DNA of 64,000 nucleotides from Pocillopora damicornis (Eukaryota): NCBI RefSeq assembly GCF_003704095.1, contig NW_020846761.1, positions 62,001 to 126,000 of the forward strand, read 5' to 3'. Shown piece by piece: positions 25,463 to 43,600 of this stretch (position 1 is its first letter; each line of letters starts with the position of its first letter). The notes under the pieces were generated by a model. It saw only the letters and a program-made list of their open reading frames with translations, ran no database searches and was not told where the DNA came from. The position numbers and the translations under genes were made by a program.

Positions 25463-26401
25463 TCAATTTTTGTTTTGCAAAGTTTTTCCACATCTTAGAA
25501 TCCTGGCGATAGCAGTTCGATAACGTTTCAGTCTCCAAGCAAAGACATAAGGGTTCAGGCTTGAGTTTCCTTTAATCAAAATGCCGTTTAAATCCCTTGC
25601 CCAATGTATAAAAATACATGAACAACTTGCACAAAAGCTGATCACGTAAATGAATATCAGTGCTGGAAAAAAACAGCAAGTAAATAGCACCATCGTGATC
25701 ACTAAAGTTTGGGTAATCTTCTTCTGCCGTTTAACCGCTCTCATTTTCGCTAAGTTGTCGCGGTTTTGGCCATCGTGCAAAACATCCCAAGTATCAGCTT
25801 GAACTTTAAAATGTTTCAATACTTTGAAATAATTCAGGCACAACACAGCAAAAGTAGCTATAACAGCTAGATTAGCGACGAAAAATCGACAGTTTAAATA
25901 GCCCACGTAAAAATAAAGAAATGAAAGCCAACTTGATATGAACCAAATGAGAAAAGAAACGATGACAGCTTGTTTAGTATTCATCCCAGTCCTGTACCCC
26001 AGGGGATCGTTTATAGCAATGAATCTATCTATTGTCAAAGCTGCTAAGCTCAGTAATGAAGCTGTACACGAAATTAATATGATGATCCTCCTTGCATGAT
26101 CCCGGGGAAGATTGCTATCGAAGGCTTCAACTTTCAACGATCGTGACTCTCGAACATGATATTCTACCGACAGAGGGAGTCCACAACATCCTAATATGAA
26201 ATCCGCAGCAGCCAAATTGGCCACGAAATAGTTAAAGCGGGATCGCAGATTACGATTTGGATCAAGTAGGAAAGCAAGAAGTACCAAGAGGTTGCCAGTG
26301 ACGGCTGTAATGGTGAGGATGGAGTCCACGATAGCAGTGATAATACTCAAAAAAGTTGGGACAGGAGCATCAGAGCATGAGTATGAGCCAAGGAAAGACA
26401 T
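25463..26401 (-). CDS. Single-exon class A orphan GPCR, close paralogue of 21615-22634 in convergent orientation
   Basis: Same motifs (GNLLV, NLAAADF, DRF, NPYVFAWRLKRYR) with long identical stretches; intact 312-aa ORF. Confidence 0.92.
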   Translation of the reverse strand: MSFLGSYSCSDAPVPTFLSIITAIVDSILTITAVTGNLLVLLAFLLDPNRNLRSRFNYFVANLAAADFILGCCGLPLSVEYHVRESRSLKVEAFDSNLPRDHARRIIILISCTASLLSLAALTIDRFIAINDPLGYRTGMNTKQAVIVSFLIWFISSWLSFLYFYVGYLNCRFFVANLAVIATFAVLCLNYFKVLKHFKVQADTWDVLHDGQNRDNLAKMRAVKRQKKITQTLVITMVLFTCCFFPALIFIYVISFCASCSCIFIHWARDLNGILIKGNSSLNPYVFAWRLKRYRTAIARILRCGKTLQNKN

Positions 26402-28424
26402 CTTCCATTAACGATATTCTTCTGCAAGTCTAAAACCGAACAAACCCAGTCAATTTAGGACTTCCGTGCCTGATGATGCAGCAACTTTTGTTAGCCCTTT
26501 ATTGGATTTTTGATTGTTATCCTCTTAAGTTTTACCGTCCAATAAAGTGGATGCATCATTCTGTGTTATCTAAAATTAACTGTTCAAAGATTAGTGGAGC
26601 ACCATTAAATTTTGATGGTATCACTAGGAGGGAAAGAAAGAATTGAAAGTTAACTATTGTTTCAATTTCATGTACTTTATGTACTTAAAATTGCTTCTCG
26701 AGTCGGCGAAAATTACACTTTCAATGAGTTCAATTCGAACGAAACCCTTTCCTTTACCCAAAATTAAGACAATGAATTTTAAAATCATTTATCTTGAAGA
26801 TATATTTGCCCGTTTTTGATTTTTGCTCGTAAAATAACAGAAAGCAGGTGTTATTGATGTTTATCGTTTCATTTGTCAAGCTTTAATGTTTTGTCCGAGC
26901 TATGTAAGAATGTGGATTAACCGCTGACTACAATGGAGTTATGTTCAGTTTTGCAATTAGGATCGACTAAATTCGGATCGACGTTTGAATCAACTGCCGC
27001 TCTTAATTATTCGAGTCGACCCAAATTGCAATTAGGTTCGGTGCATGTAAAGATCGACGTTTGAACTAGGCCTTAGTCTCCTTCGTAGCCGATCATCGAG
27101 ATGTGCTTTTGAAGTGATAAGAAATTATTATTCTTCTCCTTTTTCTTTTATCTGTGAAGTTCCACAGTTTCTTTGAATTGTTGTTCGACTTCTTTATATT
27201 GACATTCTAATTACCTTGACCACGCACGTACTTTCAATAAGTTCCATCAGGAGAAATTTTCTCTAGGTTTCTAACGGGTGGACAGTTCTACAAATTTAGA
27301 GATTGCACGAATGGTAACTAAGATTTTGACACAACTTCCTCTTAAACGTCAAAACACAGAAACTAGCGACTTGAATTGTAATCGTCGTCTGGTTTAGAAG
27401 TACGTGTGAATAGAGGATTAACTTGAGCTGATATATGGAAGACATTCAACTCTGCAAATCGCTTCAGTTCCCTTTGTGTGGTGCTCAGTTACGACGCTAG
27501 ATTGCAGTTTTGGCAGAAATTTTTCTTAGAACAAACGAAAAGCGAAAAAAATTGATAGGTAAAGAATTCAGTCCGTCAAAAACACCTTCTGAGGATCGTT
27601 ATCTTGGTCAACCAATACCTCAGCTAAAAATATCCCGCAAAGCGTGGTTCGCTCAGTTTTAATCCATAAAAAACCTGAAGCATGCAAAACAAGTGAGTGA
27701 CAATCCATCGATTCCTGAGTTTGTGATTAATTTTGGATGCTACGAACCTGCGATTAACTTATTTCACATAAGGCAAAAGAGCTGATCAGAATTCTGACTT
27801 TTATTGAACTTTTTAAGATGCAATATAATGCTAATTAAAAACTACGTAAAATCACAAATAAGTCAGCTGAAGTCCCCTTTATCCGGCGTCAAGCCATCAG
27901 AGAAAATCTGAAAAGAGAGAGCATAGATAAAAATTCTAAACAAATAAATAATCAAGAATTATATTTAAACTAAAAAAAATGCAACGTTAGGTAATAAAGT
28001 AAGCTTAATTTTGCACATTCTGCTCGGAGGTAAATAGTCCGAAAAGCACTATTTACATATTTTATGTGACATGATATACAGCTATAACAAATATTCTCCT
28101 CAGACTGATCTTCTCACTTTTATAACTTTGAAGTATGGATTAGTATAAAATTCTTATCATGTAAATTTTTCCCTGTTACCAAATTTTGAACTTGGCAAAT
28201 ATCAAATCGAAAGGATTTTATTGGATGAAACTTTTCCACAAACTGCTCAGTAATGCTGAGTAATAACCTGTGTAGATAACTAATCCTCTGTCATTTCTAT
28301 TACTCTTCTCTGATGTTTCAACAAAAAAAAAATCCGAACTTGAGCGAAAAAAGCCCCCAATAAAAAATTATATCTAAAAGGGACTAAAAAAACAAACAAA
28401 AACATACGCGAGAGAGAAGGTTCG

Positions 28425-32355
<3,931 letters not shown>

Positions 32356-33219
32356 TTTGCTGTTTCAAATTGTGTAAAAATGGTTGTGATGCATCTGGCT
32401 TTTGAGTGAGGCCTGCTCAAATATATAAATATTTCATTTGTACATCAACCTTTGGAGCCGAATAATGCTATTGACATTCTTTTTCTTTGGAAAACACAAT
32501 ATACACAGCGCAGAACAATGAGAACAGTTTTTCATAGATTTCAATTATTGATTTGAATATGTAAAGATATGTATTGTGACTATATAGGTGGGTAATGGGT
32601 GTAGTTGCCCGAGTGATAGGAAAAAGGATGTGAAAGTGTATATTTTAGAACCAGTCTTAATTTATCCCCGGAGTGCGGGTGGCGGAGGATCACATGGGGA
32701 TCACAGGCTAAGGTCAAAGAGGTCCTCAGTCGCCAACATCAGAGTAAAAAAAGGACCTGCAATTGACCAGAGGATCATGATAATACTACAGAACTTTATT
32801 GGGGGATCAACTTAATTTTATCGTAAACAGAACCAAACGCCTCTGATTCCTCGCCCCTTCCCCTGGGCGACTCCTCTCCCTTACCCCGAGCGACAAATAA
32901 TAACCGATCCCTAGGCAGTATGAAGAACGTGTTTTTTATTTTATTAGTTTGTTTTTAATCATTATAATTTTTAGTGAATCTCACAAAAAACGGTGTGAAA
33001 CCATTTACTCCTTTTGACACCAATTCGGCGTAAACTATTTTTTTCGATATATCAAATTATGACATTTGACAAATATTCTAATTTGCTCAGATGGTCAGGT
33101 GTGAGATGGACACCCACTGTAAACCTTGGTAAAGATTCCTTGTTTTCCATGCCCCTTATTTTCAAATACCAGTAGAGAAGTAGTATCACTTTTTTCCTCC
33201 TGGTAATTATCAGAAACGT

Positions 33220-36200
33220 TTAATTGAGTATCTGTCTTCTATTTCCTGTGACGTTTAATGCCTCGGGCTCTAAAGCTGGGGAAGGCTCAGATACCGAAAT
33301 TTTAGACTTGGCTCTTGAGTGACTAGCGCATTTCTCATCATTCGGTCCGGTTGGGTATCTGTCAGACCAGTATAAATAATGTGTCCATACGTTCATATTT
33401 GTGTAGACGCTCCTCTGTGAAAAAAAGAAAAACACTTTAATAAGTATATTAACTACAAATAGGAGAGAGGTATAAATCGGGGAAACAAGTAAAGAAGGAC
33501 GAGAATTTGGATGCTCACGTAAGATATGTGTCCATCAAGAATAAAACATGTGCAAAAAATATAGCTTCTACATAATCTATTTGCTAAAACTACTAAAAGT
33601 CCATGACTTAACCCTTCTATTATAAGTTCTCTCCATGATAAAAAATGAATTTAGTGCCTTGCCATAAAGGTCATTCTTATTACAGAGTGATTTTTCCTTT
33701 TACGAACAAAATATTGAAATACATGTGCGGGTAGTCATTTCAATAGGCTGAGAATGAGTGTTCTGGCTTCTGTGTTCGGTCATGTGCGATTACACCTACA
33801 TAAAGACTTCAGTCATGTCCGTAGCTGTCATATTACCCTCTACAATACTAGTATAGGCTGGGTTTTATCGTGAAGTATAGATATATGCTATTCGCCAGCC
33901 TGGAGGTCCGTATCGGGCGGTACTCAAGACGGTGAGCACTGTTTTCCCAATACGGACCGAGCTAGGCTGGTGAATAACCTTTTTTTTTTAACAAACTTAA
34001 CGAAATTCTTCCCAAAAGAACCCGAATGATTTAGGGGTTGTAATTACAGCAAGATCTTCCATAAACTGAACAATTTTTGAGCGAGTAAATGGTAGTTAAA
34101 ATAGAGGTAATGCAAATTAAAGAGAGAAGCTTCACCGAAACATTTTCATTTGCGTAATGATAAAGGTTATTTAAAAGGTTTCCAACAAAGTTTAAAAAAT
34201 GTTACTAGTATCTGTCACAATCTGACAACTGTCAGTTAGAGAGCGCGTAAGAAAGAAAACGCATGAACACTTTTGGAAAAACAACGGAACTAGTTTGGCA
34301 TGGCCTGTCACGATAATGTTTTCTTCAAAAGCAGTCAACCATCTTGCGGAAAGTATTACTCACTTTCATGTACGAAGATTTACCTCTGTTCAGTGAGTAA
34401 ATGGTAAGGAAAGTTATTGTAAGTAAATTCAAATTTTTGATTTTGAAGTTGTGAGAGTTTGCTCGTTTGTTTACTGCAATGGCGTGTGTAAATCTGATCT
34501 TTTCTCCACTGAAACTAATTTCGAATGAGACACTTCAACTAGACACAACGGGATTTCATGCGGCTTTTTCTCATTGAATTCCTTCAGTTTCTGTTGTGCA
34601 ATTTACGGAACAAATGTCTAAATTGAACGGACTTGGAAAGACTCACCGAAAGTGTCTTTGTAGAGCTTAAAAATTCGATCGCCCTTTCACTACGAACAAG
34701 TTGTTTGAGAGAATTCAGATATTAAATGAATGTGATTTCCATATATTAATTCAATTGTAACCAAATACCTCACGTTTTAACTTTCCAGGTACTTTTTGTT
34801 TAGGATTAAAATTAATTACAAACAGGTCTTAGGCCACTCGTCAACCGATTTGCCCGTGGGTAGAGATAAGAAAATACGGACCGCACTAAGAGCCAATCAG
34901 ATTGAAGGATTCGTTGCCGTGCCCTCTGAGAAACAAAATAATCAGTTATATTCGGAAAGTTCGACCCTTTGGATGACTATTTCATCTCACGACTTCTGTT
35001 TTAGTGGTTTGTCTATCAAACTTAAGTCGTAAATAAATGTTCTCAACTTTTTCAAAAACTGTTCGGTACTTTTTGCAATAGACGGTAAGCACAAGATTAG
35101 CACTGAAATATTGGTAAGGTATCCTCCCAGCACAATATCAATGATAAATAAACTCACGTCAAAGTCTTTGCAATTCTTATTTGTTAACTGTGAACTGTCT
35201 GGTCGACAATCCACGTCTTCATCTACAGGTATAGTCAGCTCGTAAGATCCAAATGGACTCTGACACTCTTCTGCTCCAAGCAGCACGTCCTGACAGGCGG
35301 AATCACTAAGGTAGTGGCAGCACATTGCTTGAAAGCGAACATCGTCTTTCTCCAGGCAGTATAGAGAATCCTCTAAAAAGCACACCGATACAGTAAAGGC
35401 TTACTAAGTAATTTAGTGGCCTATTTTTAAAGAATACTTTCTTACGTCCAATCGATAAGAAACGAGATTTTTAGAGTATCACTGCCCGGCACTGGAAATA
35501 AGCAAGAGTTGCTCGAGGCGGCGTCTCGAGCAACTGGTACGCTCCTCTGGTGCTCTCCAAACTTTCCGTATGCGTCCATAACTCGATATACACACGCTAA
35601 GCATGGAACAATTCTTTGATAGTCAATCAATGTATGAATGCTTACTGTTGCCATTCTTTTTCTCTGCTTGGCACTTGGCAGTATCTGTAATTGCAAAACG
35701 GTCAAATTCAAACTTTCTCCAAACGTCCATGTTTTGTTGTCGGAATTCTCTCACTTCTCCATTTCCATCTCGAAAAAACGAGGCACTCATATGTCGCAGT
35801 CTTAGATAAACAGTTGCTGGAAAGTTGTTTTCCCTTTGAGTTTCATCTCCATAGAGTTCAACATACATCTATTGAAAATAAAGATAAAGCTGTTGACTGA
35901 TCAATCATCGTTCCAAAACCACGCAGAGAGATCAAATGCGTCACTACCAAGCCACGGTGGAAATGAGAGCAATTCGTGTTTCTCACTGATAGGAATAGAA
36001 AGGCGCTAACAAATGAAATCACTAATAGGTCACGCACGCAGCAGTTAAGAGGATACAAACGCATAACTTTGCTTTCATGATTTTGATAGTAGCTGTCATG
36101 ATAACAGCATGATAGTGATGAAGATATCATGTCAATGCGATGTGATATGGCGTTGCTTGATGGCTAGAACTAAAAGGAAAACCAAAACAACGTGCCTTCT

Positions 36201-36753
36201 ACTATTTACGGTAAAACGTGTGAAAATTTCAAATTACAACTTAGAGTGTACAAAACCTAATATTAGCAAGCTTTGAGCTGAGTAAACTATTCATTAAAAG
36301 ACGCAGCGCGGTAGAAATAGAATGGGCTGTAATATCGAGTACTAGAAAGAAAACAAACAAACACAAAAACAAAACAAAACAATGAAAATCAAGCAAGGTA
36401 GCATGATGACCATGAGGGTTGAAATTAAAATGAGGAGTGTCCAATTGAAAAAAGTAAATAAACAAATAAGAAAATAGCATGATAATACCCGATGGTTTAA
36501 AAACGTTAAAGAGCGTGCAGAACAACAAGGCTAAGAAAATAAAGACCAAAACTAGCAAACCAAAGCAAATATGTGTTATGTTAGTTGCCATAGTCGTCTT
36601 TTAAGTGTCATAGCCATACGGCATCGATGTATGGCTCTTAGCAGTAGAGGACATTTTTCCTACCTTTAAAAGACGAACATTGTAGCATGACTTGCAATTG
36701 TCAGAAACCTTAATGGTGAACTTCGCTTTGCCTCTGTGCAAATCATCAAAAAG
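33220..36753 (-). CDS. 3' exons of the large secreted discoidin/Gly-rich toxin-like protein (copy 2); approximate exons 36753-36664, 35868-35646, 35371-35157, 33416-33220
   Basis: Open GT-AG exons nearly identical to 47483-49874 (+): LFDDLHRGKAKFTIKVSDNCKSCYNVRLLK, MYVELYG..., SPFGSYELTIP, YTNMNVWTHYLYWS. Confidence 0.8.
33850..34940. mobile_element. ~1.1 kb intronic insertion with a palindromic end segment (probable non-autonomous DNA element)
   Basis: Absent from the paralogous intron near 49295-49310. Hairpin attcgccagcct..ggtccgtat..atacggacc..aggctggtgaat at ~33890-33976. Confidence 0.6.
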
Positions 36754-37354
36754 CTAGTGCATAAGAGGTGGAGAAATAAGGAAAACAACGTTGTTATAAC
36801 AAGTCATTCTCAAACTCACAAAAATTGATAACAAGGGGACAACAGAAGACCTAACAACAAGAAGACCTAACAACAACAAGACCTAAAACAAGAAGACTTA
36901 ACATTTGCGGTATTCTTAATCTCAAAGAACTGTCAAGTGTTGAACTGACAACCCGCTCTCAGAAAACAATGTTTAAGTGGCTCTTCATGCTTAAAAATTA
37001 ATTAACTTCGAGAAGTGTACAAGAGAGCATTAATCATAATGAAAATATCTCTCTGAAAATTGTAATACGAGTTGTTTAACAGGTTTGAGATTTTAATCTA
37101 TAAAAAAACTACAACGATATACTGTCCTCAGATACTTGACTATTATCCTCTAAAAACTTCCATAAATAACATGCAATAGGAAGTATAAGTAATTTAGTCA
37201 CCGTAAAGAATTTAGAGGGTGACGTTTCGAGCGTAAGCCCTTCTTCAGAGCGATATTTTACTATTTTCATTGGAAATATAGCCAATCATGGTGCAGGAAA
37301 ACCTAAACCCTAAACCCAATCTTCCCACTGTGCGCTGCGACTTTTTTTCCGCAA

Positions 37355-37454
37355 NNNNNNNNNNNNNNNNNNNNNNNNNNNNNNNNNNNNNNNNNNNNNN
37401 NNNNNNNNNNNNNNNNNNNNNNNNNNNNNNNNNNNNNNNNNNNNNNNNNNNNNN
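37355..37454. other. Assembly gap (100 N)
   Basis: N run. Confidence 1.
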
Positions 37455-37601
37455 CAAAATTCTGATTGAAAAAAAAAATGCTCGTGTTTTCACGAGAACT
37501 GTAATTAACTAAAAGTTGAGAGCCAGTTCTTAACAAAAATGTCATGACTGCTTCTGTAGAGGTACAGACAATTTCCCTCCTCGTTTGCCACCTTTTCTCA
37601 G

Positions 37602-40600
37602 GTTTTTAATGGAAACGCAGACAAGGACACCATCGTGAATCATGTACTAATTCAGCCAATCATAGCCCGGTCCGTTCAAATAAAACCAAAATCATGGAAT
37701 GGTCATATCTCCATGAGAGCAGAGTTTTACGGGTGCATCCTTTCAGGTAATGTCTGAGGTAGTTTGTTTGATCGACAAGATTCACCTAAAACCCAGCTAG
37801 TAAACGCACGTTTGACTTACTCGCATAAGGTAACAGTTTCTCTTTTTCGTGGCGGATTACAGTAGTGTATAGCGCGTCTTTTTTGATCGTGGCGTTGATG
37901 TGTTGGTCTCAATCAATAGAATAGATTGTGTTGGCCATTTATAAAAACAATGGTTTTTGTATTTTATGGGAGACCTTTTTTTTTAATTCAGCTTAGCTTT
38001 TGTGAACTACTGAGACAATGTTTTGTGAAGTTGCAAACAAAGCCTATTTATACAGCCACTCAATTTTAAAGAGGGAAGAACCTCTAGAAAGATTTGCATC
38101 GACTTTGTAAAGAAAGAGTTCTTAGGATCAACTGTTCAGTTCCCGTTGTTGGTTGTGCAATAGACCGATACCAAGTGTTGGGCCGAGTGGTGCACGTGGA
38201 TTTCGTAAAAGAGCAACTAGAAACAAAGAAAAAGGTAAACTTTGGAGACTCCCAGGAACAGACTAATGGAATCGAGCTGGCAGTCATGGCGGATACCATT
38301 CATGTGAAGGTGTGTTTGACAATTTTGTACTTAAGTCTAGTCAACGCTACAATAGGCTCCTGAGGGGCTTATCAGTTATTTTTTGCGTCTTCTAGTTTAA
38401 TTTTAATTTTAATTTTAATCTGTGATCGATGATTTGTTACACAGGGAGACATTAAAATGCGTGGCACCAAGAAACTGACAATGTTCAGCCGTAAGCTTTC
38501 ATTTGTGAAAGGAAGTAGGCTAGATCTCAGAGCTCCAGATCGACCACAAAACTTTAAAAACCTTGAACCTGGCGCTGATGGAAAGGATGGCAACCATGGT
38601 GCAAACGGGACCATAGGTAAAAAGATGGCTTTAAGAGCAGCTCGAAATCTCTGTTCTTATAATGAGTGTCATGCAGAGGTTTCAGTACCAAGGACGCCAT
38701 GGCAACTTGATGAACTTGAGAATTTCACAACAGAGCTAAACTACAACAAGACTCAGTTAAGAAAAGTGACATTTGTTCCAGTAACCATTACTAATCTTGA
38801 CAAAGATGTCGACGATTTCATTTATTATTAACTTATTCTTGGTATTTTAAAGTAATATTTTTTTACTCGGTAAACATTTTTCTTTTGATAAAAGCTAGGT
38901 TTAATTAACGATCTTGCGTATATTTTTTAAAAATATTTCTGTAAACATTTTTAATAGAAAGGTTGAATTAGCGATTTTGTATATTTTTTTTAGAAAATTT
39001 AACCTACGTTAACAAATAAAGTATGTATGTATGTATGCATGTATGTATATGTCAGAAATGTGCTAAAAAAAACTCGTTTGTGTGAAAATAGTAACAATGG
39101 CAATGATCTTGATATTGATGGTGATGAATCCCTTTTTAGAATCTCAGCTGTCGTTAGTTCTGCTTTTTTAAAGATATTTCTTCCTTATTATCAGTGGAGA
39201 TATCAGCCCATACTGTGGTAGGATACATCAACATCATAACTAACGGCGGTAATGGAAACAAAGGCCAAAATGGCGCGGATGGGAGGAAAGGGGCTGACAG
39301 CATGGCAAAGGTATAAAAATTATTATATGTTTGTTTGTCCCTATTTTGTCCGATGTTTTCGTTATTTGTTACGAATGAATACCTTCTACCCGATTATAAA
39401 CAGAGCCACCAAGATTTCACTGTATCAATGACGAAATCTCGCCCAAAAATTTCACTAGCAAAATGGATGGACGATTATCACTCAGAGAAGAAAATAGATA
39501 TAATAAAAATGACCTTTGACTTCCGATGATATAGCCACATCTTTGTATGTTTATCCGTAAGTGACACTTAAAAGTCTTTAGATTCATACAACGGCGAGGT
39601 AATTACATGGAAGCTTTTTCCAATTACAACAGGTTTTGGATAAAACACAGTCAGATTGTAATGCGCGAGCTAAGAGGAATGACAAGGGTAAAGTCACCGG
39701 GTGTACAGAAAATATCACAGGGACACCAGGTGCCAAAGGAGGAAATGGAGGAGATGGGGGATACGCTGGAAAGTCGGGTTTGTGATGAGTTACCATAGAT
39801 AAAAAATGGCCCGCTTGTGTCATTTAAGACTGATTGCTAAACATATCGTATGTCTCAAAACTGTAACAGGGCACTCCAAAATTCCATCATCTCTCTCGAC
39901 ACATAATTCCCGACAAGCCTAAAACTCTCAGCATAAGTTTTAAAACCTCCATTTTTATAGCGAAATGATTCTCGGAGCACAAAGTTTCAACAATAAAATA
40001 TTCCTGACTTTGCCGGGCGTCGGTTTATCGCTTTGGATAACTTCTTTTCACCGTCCAGATATTTGTTTGTGATTTATTGTTGTTTTTATTGTTGTTGCTT
40101 TTTTTTTTGTTTTGTTTTTTTTTTGGCTTATTCTTTTTTTTGTTATATTTTCTTTATAAATTATCGTTACGTCACTGTTTACGTTTTGTTATTTTGCTCG
40201 TTTAGTAATTCACTCAATTTTGTTTTTAATAATAATGATAATAATAGTACAGTAAATGGTTTGAACGCGGGGGTAACATGTAATAGTGTAGTTTGATCGT
40301 CCGGGTGAGTGTAGTCCTGAGAAGGACTGTTGTCGGTGATATATGGCGACTGACTTTCGACAAACTGAGCGGAAGTCGTCATTAGAGTCAAGTGAAAAGC
40401 TGGTGTCAGTCGAATGTACTTAGTCCGGTTTGTATTAACTGATTGGTCAGTTTTCCCGCGATGTTATTGGCTGTAAGACTCAAGTGACGTAGGTCAGTCA
40501 AGATTGGTCGGTTTCGATCGGTTAGTGAAGTTAGGTTGTTCTTTTCGGTTCGTTTGTAATGTTAATGTCGTGAATGAGTCGTTTGTATGGTGCCGGTAGT

Positions 40601-43600
40601 GGTTGACACCTGTTGAGACGAGTCTGTTCCAGGTTAATAAATCAGATTTCCAGGGTCAGTCGTTGAAAGTAGTTGGTGCTGTAGGTTACGCATTGCGCAG
40701 AGTCCCAGTCAATAGTGTGTTTCGTGAGTCGGTGATGTTCAGCAATGTGGTTGTTGACATCGCCTTTCCTCGTCGCTCGTTTATGTTCAGTCAGTCTAAT
40801 TGTGAGGTTTCTGCCAGTCTCACCGATGTAGGAGGCGTGGAAGTCGGAGCAATTGATCTTATATACTGCTCCCTGTCTGTTCCTCGGTTCGTCTTTGCTT
40901 AGTTAGCTACTGACGTTAGTCAGTAACTGACTTAGTGTGGTAATAGGTTTGTGAGCGACGCGAATATTGAAACCTGAAGCATCACATCCACGTCGCTCAC
41001 AAACCTATTTCCAGGTTGTCGAAACGTCAGTCACCATTACCGACAACAGTCCTTCTCAGGACTACGCTCACCCGGACGATCAAACTACACTATTACAATA
41101 ATAGTAATAATAACTTGCAAGATTCTAGAGTAAAGAATATTGGCATGGAAAGAATGGTTGAATTTTGTTTCAAAAATGTGCTTTTAAGTGGAATGATATC
41201 GAAATTAATTATATGGAGAATGATACATGGGCGCGCGTGGATATGGAATTTCTCTTCGAGTGTTTAACTCTCAAGGTGAAAGCATGCGTGGAATCACTAC
41301 AAAAACAAACAATGGGCCTGGTTTCAATGTACAAAATTCTCAGTTTTTGTCCTGGTCCTTACCGACAGAAGAAATCTTTCAGGTAAACGGCCAAAGTCGG
41401 GTTGCACCAAATCTCAAGTGGTCGATTTTCGTTCTCAGCCACAAGATATGCCATTACCCAAAGCAATTGAATGAGTAACTTTCGATTTTTCGTCTGGTAT
41501 TTTGGTCTTCCTCCCCTTCTAGTTTGAACGTCACTGTCTGTAAGCGATACGGATTTTTCAATGTACTAGCGGCCATAATCCGAAAAAATTCCGACAAATA
41601 ACCTTGGATTGAGAATGATGAAGGCTTTGCCGTTCGTTCATCAACCTGACCGAGTGGCACGAAAGTCGAGTGACGTGTCAGCAGCTGACTAGCTATATCA
41701 AACACACGTGAAAACATATAGTATTTTCACGTGCGTTGTTACGGCTTTCCTCGGGGCCGGAAATCCTTGTATAACACCGTAGTTTATTGGATAAAACACC
41801 TTTATTTGTGTTGCCGAAGCTCTGATTTGTCTAACAACAGGTAATGGAGGAAACGCTGGTCGTCAAACAATCTATTTAACAAGATTGCTCGGGAATATAG
41901 AGCTAAAGACGTGTCGCGGAACAGGAGGACAAGCGACCAAAAATGGAGTGGGTGGAGAAGGTAAAGTTTCGCATCCTCTTTTGCATTTTGAAAAATCCTT
42001 TGCACATTCACAAGCGGTATATCGAAATTTTGCAGTCATTCATCCCCTTGTAAATCTTCTTTAGAGCTACTACAACCAATTCCCAACTATTAGCAGAATT
42101 TTTGCGATATGAAGAGATCCCTAGAAACTACGCCCCTTCCGCCAAAATTAAACTACATATTTCAAAAATTTTGAAACTGCAAGTTGCCTTAGTTTGGTTC
42201 AATTACCATCTCTTTGGATCTGCAGATGAAAATTACTAAGATGCGTTTGAAGATACTAATGATGATAGTGCTGATGAAAATGGTGATAATGTTAATTGCT
42301 ACATAAAAAAAATGAATAAATTAGATGAAAATGGAAAGGTTTTTTGTGAGGGTCAAATCTGGACTTCATCTTCGTTTTGAATTGAACATCATCATCACCC
42401 TCCTTTTAACTGACAGGAGGCCAAGGGGGACTCGGAGGTCGTGGAATCAAATGCAAATACAGCCGTAGATGCAAAATAGTCGGACTAGCATGCAAGGCTG
42501 ATGGTCAAACTGAGGCTTCTCGAGGACGAACTGGAAATAAAGGTCGCAACGGGCAAAGTTGAGTGTTGCACCTTGGTTGCAATTTTTAGCAATATGGTAT
42601 AATCATTTTTTGAAGAGTAACGGCGTATTTATTCTTTCGCGAAACCTTTCCTGTGTGCCCGAAGATTTTTTATTTATTTCAGTCGATGCTCGATCATTGC
42701 GTCATTCTTTGTGGTAAATCTGGTTATTTTTATGTCGCAAAACGAGAAAGTGGCAAAACATATTTTCACCTTTATCGTTTGACCTAACAGTAACCTCCAA
42801 AACTTTTGAAAAGGATGATATAAAATGATCCTAAAATGGATCACATTTGATCCAAAAGTTGGATACCTTTGTCCTAGATTTCCATCTTTTCTTTATTTTT
42901 ATTTTCCTTCAGGTTCATGAATACGCCATAAAATACATTGTATCTTGTTTTATTGTTTCAGCCCCTGTAAGCGCTGGTTCAAATGGTAAGGTAGCAGACT
43001 CCTTCCTGCAAAAGTTAAATCTCGATCGCAGCCAGAAAGATAAATATCCAGTCGTATTGATAAAGGTGATGACAAGATACGCTGAAGACCTTGTCTGGGT
43101 CAACAACACCAGAAATGCGCAAGCAGTTTTTGAGTTTATAGCTGATTTAGCAATTGGAAGAGATGACGACCTAAGAAAATGTAAGATGGGTCGGCACATC
43201 TACTGACTTTTGAGTTTTCGGATCTCGCATTACCAAAAAATTGCAACCCTGATTACAAATTAAGATGATTCAATATGTTGGATCGATACTATCGGAATTC
43301 AGGAATAAACACTTAACACATGATACATTTCCAACCATAGTTGTTTTGATATAAAGAGGATGAAATTTTGTCATGTTAACCCTACATGTCAAAAAAAGAA
43401 AAGAATTAAAAAAAGCAATCAAAAATTGTCTAGTAATTAAGTCGTCGAACAATTTTCTTACAATGGTTAACGCGACAAAGGAAGAAAGAGTGGAGGCTTC
43501 AATTTATCAAAACGTTGGCGTTTAGATTGACGAAACAATTTAGAGCCACTGTAAAGTAGAGCTAGGTTTAATTTTCAACAAAAATATAAATTGAAGGTTG

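Noticed and set aside
38570-42557. Collagen gene
   Set aside because: Gly-X-Y runs are only 4-7 triplets long, Pro-poor and interrupted by beta-strand-like segments.
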